The notes beneath the pieces were generated by a model. The model had not been told where the DNA came from, did no database searches, and saw only the letters and a program-made list of their open reading frames with translations. From contig DAIDJN010000012.1 of NCBI GenBank assembly GCA_027451365.1, forward strand, positions 1-16,707: 16,707 bases of DNA, given 5' to 3'. Within the stretch, counting starts at the first letter, position 1. Each line of letters starts with the position of its first letter. This stretch comes from Phycisphaerales bacterium. Lineage in GTDB: Bacteria > Planctomycetota > Phycisphaerae > WQYP01. Position numbers and translations under genes: made by a program. Below, one piece after another: positions 7,687-15,255 of the stretch.

Positions 7687-8658
7687 ATGGTATGGATCGT
7701 ATTTTTAGCATTTTTCGGCTCGATTTTACTGGCGGATATTCTGATTGGCGCAGGCCGGCGCAGCCGTTTTGCGACGGGCAAGGCGTTTGCGCTTTGCCTG
7801 ATTCCGGTCGTTGTGGCGTTGGCCTATGGGGCATGGTTTACGATTTTCGCTTCGGGTGGATCGGGCCGCATGGCTGCCCCATCAGCGGGTGCCCATCCAT
7901 TTCTGACCTATTTCACCGGCTACCTGCTGGAATTAAGTTTAAGCGCGGATAACGTGTTGATGTACGCGGTTATTTTGCGAGGTTTTTCCGTGCCACGGGA
8001 AAGTCAGGGATTTGTCCTGTTCTGGGGAATTCTAATTGCACTCCTCCTGCGAGCGGTTCTCATTATCAGCGGTCTGGCGCTGGCGCTGAAAATTCCGGCC
8101 GTGCTATTCGTGATGGGGGGCATTCTGCTGGTGGCGGGGTTCGCGATGTTCTTCGAGCATCCGGACAAAGATCCTGGCCGCGGGCGACTGGCCGGAATGC
8201 TGCGGCGGCTAATACCGGTTCATGAATGTTATGAAGGTCGGCGGCTTTTTGCGAGGTCAAATGGTCGCTGGCTCGCTACTCCGCTTTTTCTCGTGCTGCT
8301 GTTGATAGGGGTTGTAGATGTCATGTTTGCATTCGATTCCATTCCCGCGATTTTCGGCATTACGCGTAATCCGATCATCGTGTTAACCAGCAATCTGTTT
8401 GCGGTGGCCGCCATTCAATGGCTGTATTTTGCCATTGCGCCGTGGATTGAGCGGCTGCATTTCCTGAAAACCGGCTTGGCGGTTGTACTTCTGTTTATTG
8501 GTGTAAAGATGCTGGTTCCAGGCCTTCGCCTGGTCGGATATCGCGGGCCGGTGACAATTTCAACCGGATGGTCGCTGACATTCATGGCGGTTGTGCTGTC
8601 TATTGCAACAGGTGCTTCCCTGCTGCATAAACAAAAAGCAAAAAATAATCCCGACTGA
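7687..8658 (+). CDS. TerC/Alx-family metal homeostasis membrane protein
   Basis: YFTGYLLELSLSADN, VLFWGILIALLLR, WLATPLF, DVMFAFDSIPA and IVLTSNLFA motifs; multiple TM helices; starts 3 nt after the upstream stop. Confidence 0.92.
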   Translation: MVWIVFLAFFGSILLADILIGAGRRSRFATGKAFALCLIPVVVALAYGAWFTIFASGGSGRMAAPSAGAHPFLTYFTGYLLELSLSADNVLMYAVILRGFSVPRESQGFVLFWGILIALLLRAVLIISGLALALKIPAVLFVMGGILLVAGFAMFFEHPDKDPGRGRLAGMLRRLIPVHECYEGRRLFARSNGRWLATPLFLVLLLIGVVDVMFAFDSIPAIFGITRNPIIVLTSNLFAVAAIQWLYFAIAPWIERLHFLKTGLAVVLLFIGVKMLVPGLRLVGYRGPVTISTGWSLTFMAVVLSIATGASLLHKQKAKNNPD

Positions 8659-8697
8659 TCTGGCCGGGGTGAACGGTTCGGTCGCGATTGGTTGATG

Positions 8698-9829
8698 TCA
8701 TGCATTTTTATTGACTGCTTTTGCCTGTTCCGCCTTAAAGCGCAACTGGGCGTCAATAAATCCTTGAATGTCACCATCCAGGACGCGGTCCGGTTGAAAC
8801 ACCTCGTGGCCGTTGCGGTGGTCTTTCACACGGCGGTCATCCAGCACATAGCTGCGAATCTGGGAACCGAAGGCAATTTCACCCTTTTCACCATACATGC
8901 GGGCCAATTCCGCGTCACGCTTTGCCTCTTCAAGTTTGTGGAGTTTGGATTTAATAAGATCCAGAGCCAATGCGCGATTTTGCACTTGTGAGCGTTCCGA
9001 TGTGCAGACTACCTGCAGCCCGGTCGGTTTGTGCGTAATGCGAATGGCGGAAGCCACCTTGTTAACGTTTTGTCCGCCCGGGCCGCTGGCGCGGACAAAC
9101 GCAATAATTTCCAGGTCCGCATCCGGAATGTCGAGTTCCTTGCCCGCATCGGCAAAAATCGGCGTGACATCCACACTGGCAAAACTGGTGTGGCGGCGTG
9201 CATTGGCATCATACGGACTGATGCGAACCAGTCGATGCACACCTACTTCGCAATTCATAGTGCCGGTGGCATATTGCCCTTTGACCATCAGCGTTATACC
9301 GCGGATGCCCGCCTGTTCCCCATCCTGCCGGTCCACTTCGCTTACATCCCAGCCACGGCGCTCAAAATATCGCAAATACATGCGCAGCAGCATGGAAGCC
9401 CAGTCGCATGCTTCGGTTCCGCCGGCACCGGCGTGAATTTGAATATAGCAATCACTTAGATCGTGCGGGCCGTTGAAAAGAGCCAGCAATTCTACATTCT
9501 GATAAGCCGCTTCTTGTCGGGCCAGTTCGGTATCCGCTTCACTGAGCAGGGCCGGATCGTTTCCCTCGCTGCCGAGTTCGACCATGACGCGAATATCTTC
9601 CAGCGATTTTTCCACCGCCAGATAAGGATCCAGCATGGAATTAAGGCCTTTGAGTTCGGCAATCACGCGCTGAGCTTCTTCCGGGTGGTCCCAGAAATCC
9701 GTCGCGCCCATGCGTTGTTCAAGTTGTGATTTTGTACGCTTTTTCGCCGCAACGTCAAAGAGAGTCGCGAATGGTTGTCATTCGCGCCTCCAGCGAGGCC
9801 AAGTCGGCCTCCAGATTGTCTCGTGCCAT
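8698..9829 (-). CDS. prfB: Peptide chain release factor 2, translated via programmed +1 frameshift (join 9829-9758, 9756-8698; 376 aa)
   Basis: AGGAG RBS, then ATG 9829 MARDNLEADLASLEARMTTIRDSL and CTT TGA C. The +1 frame continues DVAAKKRTKSQLEQRMGATDFW into GAGGTEACDW, RISPYD (SPF-type) and GGQ. Confidence 0.96.
9754..9760 (-). other. RF2 programmed +1 frameshift site CTTTGAC
   Basis: Canonical heptamer joining the 24-codon ORF1 to the long RF2 frame. Confidence 0.93.
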
Positions 9830-10321
9830 TTTGTGGACTCCTGCAAAACAATCATCTTAGCCGCTTGACGCCTGGGAGCCAAGCTCCCTGGAACCGTACT
9901 CGCACAACTCACAAAGGGATTGGCCAATATCTTGGGCGCACCAATCTTGTTCGCCTTCGTCGCCGGCATATTGGCGGCGACAACGGCATTTCCTTTGGCC
10001 CGATCGAACGCGATGTTACAAAAGCTGGCAGACCCGCCACAATGTGCGAATATTGATTATTCGGGCTGGCATTTGGGGTGTGTCAGGGGGGCAAAGTCTG
10101 TATACTGAACAATGGCAAGACGGATCCGGTAAAAGCCGGCGGACTTGTGGGCAGTCTGGTTGTCAGCACGCCTTGAGTGGGTGTGAAACATCTGAATATT
10201 AATTTAAACAAAAAGCTGAAACCTCGCGGCCGTGTGCGCAAAGCCAACGGCTGCTGGAAAATTCCGCAGCCGGCATGTCGTATGCCGGTCGGACCGTCAT
10301 GCAACCGGAGTTCGGATATTT

Positions 10322-11767
10322 ATGGAATCAAATTTCAGGATTATTCAAGGTGGTATGGGTGTCGGTGTTTCAAACTGGACGCTTGCAAAATCTGTGGCGG
10401 AACGGGGCCAGCTAGGTGTGGTTTCAGGTACAGGTATCGCGACGGTTCTGGCGAGACGTTTGCAGTATGGGGATCCGGATGGTCATCTTCGGCGAGCGAT
10501 TAAGGCCTTTCCATTTCCCGATATATCAGCGCGGATTCTCGACCGCTATTTTGTCGCCGGCGGCATCCCTAATGTCATGCCGTTTAAATCAACGCCGGTT
10601 CCCGTGGTGAAATTTGGTCAGGCCCTTGACGAATTAACCGTCCTGGGCGCATTTACTGAAGTGTTTCTGGCTAAAGAAGGGCACTTTGGAAAAGTGGGAA
10701 TTAATCTTCTGGAGAAAGTGCAGACGCCAACGTTGGCCACTCTTTTTGGCGCCATGTTGGCCGGGGTTGATTATGTTCTGATGGGCGCTGGAATTCCCCG
10801 GCATATTCCCGGCGCACTGGACTTGCTGGCACGATGGGAATCCGCGAGTATCAAGGTTGACGTCCAGGGTGCGCAAGTCGGCGAAGCGGCATCCAGTGAA
10901 TTTGCACCGTTGCTTTTCGCCGCTCATGACGCGGTTTTTGCAGCGTCGGCCTCACATCCAGCGCCCTTGCAACGGCCGGCTTTTCTGGCGATTGTTTCGT
11001 CCGCCACACTGGCCATGACGCTGGCTCGCAAATCAAACGGCCGCGTGGATGGCTTTATTATTGAAACCGAAGTGGCCGGAGGCCATAATGCGCCGCCGCG
11101 CGGTCCGCTTCAACTGACCCCGGCGGGTGAGCCGGTCTATGGTCAGCGCGATGCCGCTGATCTTGCGAAAATTGCCGCCATCGGCCTGCCCTTTTACCTT
11201 GCGGGCGGGTTTGCCACGCGCCAGCAATTGGACCGGGCGCTGGCACAAGGCGCCGCCGGTGTTCAAATTGGAACCGCCTTCGCATTCTGTAGAGAATCGG
11301 GCATTCGATCGGATTTAAAGTGTCAGGTTATCGATCTTGTCCGTCAGGGAAAGGCGAAGGTATTTACAGATCCAAAGGCGTCGCCAACCGGATTTCCGTT
11401 TAAAGTTTTGCAAATCGAAAAATCGCTGTCCGACTCAGCGGTCTACGCGCAGCGAAGCCGGAAATGTGATCTCGGCTATCTTCGCATGGCGTACAGTCGC
11501 CCGGATGGAACGGTGGGTTACAGGTGTGCCGCCGAACCGGCGGATGATTACGTCACCAAAGGTGGAGCAATTGAAGAAACGGTTGGGCGCAAATGTCTCT
11601 GCAATGCCTTGTTTGCCACGATTGGTCTTGGTCAGATTTCCCACGGTGAACCGGAAATGCCGATTGTGACCGCGGGTGATGATGTGTCGCAACTTCTTCG
11701 TTATATACGGAACGGGGAAACCTCTTATTCTTCGGGCGACGTCTTGGATTGCATTCTTAACGATTGA
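10322..11767 (+). CDS. Nitronate monooxygenase/FabK/FabX-family FMN oxidoreductase with C-terminal Cys cluster
   Basis: IIQGGMGVGVS, MGAGIP, AGGHN, LAGG, GVQIGTAF and SPTGFPFK motifs. Start set at ATG 10322 (MESNFRIIQGG). Confidence 0.88.
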   Translation: MESNFRIIQGGMGVGVSNWTLAKSVAERGQLGVVSGTGIATVLARRLQYGDPDGHLRRAIKAFPFPDISARILDRYFVAGGIPNVMPFKSTPVPVVKFGQALDELTVLGAFTEVFLAKEGHFGKVGINLLEKVQTPTLATLFGAMLAGVDYVLMGAGIPRHIPGALDLLARWESASIKVDVQGAQVGEAASSEFAPLLFAAHDAVFAASASHPAPLQRPAFLAIVSSATLAMTLARKSNGRVDGFIIETEVAGGHNAPPRGPLQLTPAGEPVYGQRDAADLAKIAAIGLPFYLAGGFATRQQLDRALAQGAAGVQIGTAFAFCRESGIRSDLKCQVIDLVRQGKAKVFTDPKASPTGFPFKVLQIEKSLSDSAVYAQRSRKCDLGYLRMAYSRPDGTVGYRCAAEPADDYVTKGGAIEETVGRKCLCNALFATIGLGQISHGEPEMPIVTAGDDVSQLLRYIRNGETSYSSGDVLDCILND

Positions 11768-11916
11768 CACTGTCCCCACCCGTGGGGCTGTTTAACGACG
11801 CAGGTTTTCACGGACGCGTCAATTTAGAACAGATCTACCTCGGTTCGCCGCGGACGATTGTGGCAATGTGCCGACTCATATCCGGTCCGGCGCAGACGGC
11901 GTCTGGTTTACGGATG

Positions 11917-11954
11917 ACGGCGTGCCCGCGTCGCTCGACACGCCGTATGACTTT
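11917..11954. terminator. Hairpin between the convergent flavoprotein and hemA genes; possible terminator
   Basis: ACGGCGTG (11917-11924)/CACGCCGT (11939-11946), with only a weak T tract (ATGACTTTT) on the + strand. Confidence 0.35.
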
Positions 11955-11966
11955 TGCGATGGCTGC

Positions 11967-13358
11967 TTATTGGCTTTCTGCGGTCGGCGGGGGTGTGGCG
12001 GGGGGCTGCGGAGAAGGCGGAGCGGGCAACTGGAAAAGCTGCACAATCGCGCGGGCCAGATGCATGGTTTCATGTGTGCCTTGGGCCTGCGTTGGACTGG
12101 TCAACTGCGACACCGGCGCGTGGAGAATTTTTCCAATCAGACGGTGCGTCATTTTGCGGATCGCTTCGCGCTGTTCTTCAGAAAGGTTCGGATGGGCGGC
12201 AAGAAGTTCATCCACTTCGCGGCGGCCCATGGTGCGGAAATGGTCGTACAGGGCGCGGACCACTGGTCCGGCGGACCGTGTGTTGGCCCATTGTATAAAA
12301 TCCTGTACGTGCCGGCTGATAAGTTCACGGCTTTGGGCAACCTGATCGCCACGGCGCGCCAGGCTGTCCTGCGCGGTAAGTTCCAGGTCGTCAATGTTAT
12401 ACAGATAGACGTTGGAAATGCGCGAAACGCCCTGTTCTATGTCCCGTGGAACGGCGATATCCACCATTACCAGTGGTCGATATTGCCGATGCCGCATGAG
12501 GCTTTTGATCTGTGCGGCGGTGATGATCGGATACTGTGATCCCGTGCCGGTCAGCACAATGTCCGCCTGAACCAGCAGGTCGTTTAGATTGGCGAAGTCG
12601 GAAAGCTCCAGAGAAAATTTTTCCGCCAGTGCGCGGCCGGATTCCGCCGACCGGTTGGTAACCACTATGCGGCCGGGCTGGACGGTGCGAATCTGGCGCA
12701 GCATCAGTTCAGACATTTTTCCGGCCCCGATGACCAGAACCACTTTGTCATCAAACCGGTCGAAAACATCGTGAAGCAGGTCCACCGCAACGCTGGCGAT
12801 GGACACGCGGCCACCGCTTAGTTCGGTCTGTTCATGAACATCCTTGGCGGCGGAAAGTGCCCGCTGAAACAGGGCATGCAGAATGGGGCCGACACTGCCG
12901 GCGTGCATGGCCCATTGATAGGCCTGCTTTACCTGGGCCAGAATCTGGGTTTCGCCAAGGACCATGGAATCGAGTGAACCGGCAACGGAAAACAGGTGAT
13001 TCACCGCGGCCGGTCCGGCAAAATCATAGGTGAGGCCGGAAAAATTCTGGGGTGCAAGCTTGTGTTGATCCGCAATAAACGCAATCAGTGCCTGTGGGTT
13101 GCATGTGACTGTCGCCGAGGCGCTTGCCGCACAGGCGATGGAATTGTCCGTTGGCGCGGCGGCATACAACTCCACCCGGTTACACGTGGAAAGCAGGACG
13201 GCTTCCATGCGCGGCATGCGGGCGCGGAATTCGGCCAGAGCGGCCAGGGTTTGTGCGTGGTTAAACGCAACAGCTTCGCGCACAGCAACGGGTGCGGTGC
13301 GGTGATTCAGGCCGACCATAAGAAGTGCGGGAAATTGTGCAGCGTTTGGATCGGTCAC
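11967..13358 (-). CDS. hemA: Glutamyl-tRNA reductase
   Basis: VGLNHRTAPVAVRE, catalytic LSTCNRVELY, SLDSMVLGETQILAQVK, IGAGKM and DIAVPRDI motifs. GTG 13358 lies just after the upstream stop. Confidence 0.96.
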   Translation of the reverse strand: MTDPNAAQFPALLMVGLNHRTAPVAVREAVAFNHAQTLAALAEFRARMPRMEAVLLSTCNRVELYAAAPTDNSIACAASASATVTCNPQALIAFIADQHKLAPQNFSGLTYDFAGPAAVNHLFSVAGSLDSMVLGETQILAQVKQAYQWAMHAGSVGPILHALFQRALSAAKDVHEQTELSGGRVSIASVAVDLLHDVFDRFDDKVVLVIGAGKMSELMLRQIRTVQPGRIVVTNRSAESGRALAEKFSLELSDFANLNDLLVQADIVLTGTGSQYPIITAAQIKSLMRHRQYRPLVMVDIAVPRDIEQGVSRISNVYLYNIDDLELTAQDSLARRGDQVAQSRELISRHVQDFIQWANTRSAGPVVRALYDHFRTMGRREVDELLAAHPNLSEEQREAIRKMTHRLIGKILHAPVSQLTSPTQAQGTHETMHLARAIVQLFQLPAPPSPQPPATPPPTAESQ

Positions 13359-13359
13359 G

Positions 13360-14217
13360 TCATTTCCCCGGCATCCATTTGATGGCCACAAAAACCGCCA
13401 GCAGCAGTGCAAACCCCAGAATATTGAGCATGGCGGCGCGCGAGCCGCGAAGCGCCGGGGCCAGCCGAACGCCCAATAGAGCCACATACACCAGCCAGAC
13501 CAGAGAAGCGAGAATAAATTTGGCGGTTAAAAACCAGTGCGTTCCCATGGCGGCGGGGTCCTGGACGGCGCGAAAAATGCCGGTTACCGCGGCGATCGTA
13601 AGCAGGGGGAAGCCAAGCAGAATCGCGTTTCGATTGAATTTTTCCAGCGTGGCCAGCGAGGGAAGCGGCATCATGGTCCAGCCGGAGCGCTGATGGGTGC
13701 GCAGTCGCCAGTCGGCCAGGAGGTAGACGAATCCACCGACACAGCCTATCGCAAAAAAGACCGTGCCCGAAAGCACGCTGATAATATGGACAATAATCCA
13801 TGGGTTGTGCGACTGGAAGTGATGGTACCCGGTCATTTCTAGAACACCGCCAAGCAGAATCAGCAGGGCGATCATCGGAAGCAGGAAGGTAGCCATGGCT
13901 TTCAGATGGCTGGTCCAGGCGAACCAGGACCAGAGCGCCGCCAGCAGCAGCGATAGCAACAGGAAGGCGTCAAAATAATCCGCCATGGGAAGTGAGATTT
14001 GCCGCGCGTCCACCCCGCGGCTGACCAGCAGAAGTGCAACCAGGACTGTTCCCACGCCCACCAGACCGCTGACGGGCGGTGTGGTGGCTGGTTTTCCAGC
14101 GGCGGCCCTTATTCCGGCGTTGCGCAACTCCATCCAGAATGCGCCGGCGAACATTAAACTCGCAATCAGGGTCACGGCCGCCTGAAGAACGGTCAGGTGT
14201 GTGGGTTGCGGAGTCAT
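13360..14217 (-). CDS. CcsA/HemX-like cytochrome c assembly-family membrane protein
   Basis: About 8 TM helices with WIIVH, LPSLATLEK and GFPLLT motifs; sits between sirC and hemA. The WWD loop is degenerate (HWFLTAK). Confidence 0.82.
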   Translation of the reverse strand: MTPQPTHLTVLQAAVTLIASLMFAGAFWMELRNAGIRAAAGKPATTPPVSGLVGVGTVLVALLLVSRGVDARQISLPMADYFDAFLLLSLLLAALWSWFAWTSHLKAMATFLLPMIALLILLGGVLEMTGYHHFQSHNPWIIVHIISVLSGTVFFAIGCVGGFVYLLADWRLRTHQRSGWTMMPLPSLATLEKFNRNAILLGFPLLTIAAVTGIFRAVQDPAAMGTHWFLTAKFILASLVWLVYVALLGVRLAPALRGSRAAMLNILGFALLLAVFVAIKWMPGK

Positions 14218-14885
14218 ATAAGCTCCGTCTGGCTGGGGGATGGCGGGGAAACGAGAGCGATTCTTTGGACAATCAGTTGATCGGCGGCCATCGGGCCGTG
14301 CAGACGCAGCGTCTGAAGAAAATCTTCGGATTCGACGAAGGTAAGCAGTTGCCGCCGGGGGATTGGGTCAGGAACCTTTTCCATGATAATGGGCCGCCAC
14401 TTTTCCAGCAGGTTCGATTGGAGGATGGCTTCCTGGGGAATGGTGGCCAGCAATTGTTCTGCGAGGTTTGCGGCCAGGCGTGGCGCAGCGCCACCGGTAC
14501 TTATGGCAAGCGTAATTGGGCCGCGGCGTGCGGTGGCGGCACCCGTGAAGTCGCCATCGCCGGATTCGTCACAGCGGCAGCAGAGAATGTTTGCGGCACG
14601 GGCGTCGATACCGGCCTGCAGGTTTACCTGCGGTTTACTGGTGGCGATGAAAACCAGCCGCCAGTGTGGCTGGTCAGGGGCGCTAAGCCAGCCGGGGGTG
14701 TAAGGCTGTGTGATGCGCGTCACGGCAGACATGCTGTGAAAGTCAGGGTGAAAGCAGGGGCTGATAACGGTGATGCGGGCACCGGCATCCGCAAGGCCGC
14801 GGGCTTTGCGCAGGGCTACCTTGCCGCCGCCAATGATGAGCACGGGTGCAGAGGCAAGCTTGATAAAGATTGGGTAATCCGACAT
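14214..14885 (-). CDS. Precorrin-2 dehydrogenase/sirohydrochlorin ferrochelatase (SirC/Met8/CysG N-terminal-like)
   Basis: YPIFIKL, VLIIGGGKVALRK, LVFIAT and AISTGGAAPRLA motifs; ATGA overlap with the next gene. Start 14885 or 14891. Confidence 0.9.
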   Translation of the reverse strand: MSDYPIFIKLASAPVLIIGGGKVALRKARGLADAGARITVISPCFHPDFHSMSAVTRITQPYTPGWLSAPDQPHWRLVFIATSKPQVNLQAGIDARAANILCCRCDESGDGDFTGAATARRGPITLAISTGGAAPRLAANLAEQLLATIPQEAILQSNLLEKWRPIIMEKVPDPIPRRQLLTFVESEDFLQTLRLHGPMAADQLIVQRIALVSPPSPSQTELI

Positions 14886-15027
14886 TTTCATCCTGCAGCT
14901 TATCTTAGCAAACCAATCGCACAACAGCATAACGGCAGGCCGGGAGACTGTCGCGGGAGTCTCTTGGGGGAAAGTTCCAGGGCACGCATCAGGAAAAATC
15001 CTATTTTTCGTTGCCGAAAATTATGTT

Positions 15028-15043
15028 TGGCAAAGATATTGCT
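15028..15043 (+). promoter_or_regulatory. Sigma54 (-24/-12) promoter
   Basis: TGGCAAAGATATTGCT: GG (15029-15030), N10, GC (15041-15042); upstream of a nitrogen-type gene. Confidence 0.65.
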
Positions 15044-15255
15044 TGCGAAAGGAATATACGCGAGCAGGAACGATGGAAAACAGGCATCACACGGCGATTG
15101 TCTATCAGCTCGCGGGCGAAAGATGGTCTGGGCCGGAAGACGCGGTACATGGAGGACGTTGTGAGCCGGTGTGGTGTGGGGGTGGCATTGAACGTGATTG
15201 CGTAGAAATTAGGCAATGCCCCACGCTCCGATATAAAGATGGTTAAAGGTTTTTT

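Noticed and set aside
8698..9829. prfB as a pseudogene, or as starting at 9711
   Set aside because: The in-frame stop sits in the canonical CTTTGAC programmed frameshift, and ORF1 has a good RBS.
9920..10108. 62-aa hydrophobic ORF as a small secreted protein
   Set aside because: TTG start without a properly spaced RBS and no recognisable family; unsupported without expression data.
10236..10296. c-di-GMP-I (GEMM) riboswitch suggested by GCGCAAAGCC
   Set aside because: No upstream GGCAAAC..GNRA P2 hairpin, no tetraloop receptor and poor P3 pairing. Kept only as a generic structured leader.
14079..15164. 361-aa + strand ORF, and similar long antisense ORFs over the VOC gene, ald and hemA
   Set aside because: Antisense shadows of well-supported genes in GC-rich DNA, with no domain motifs.
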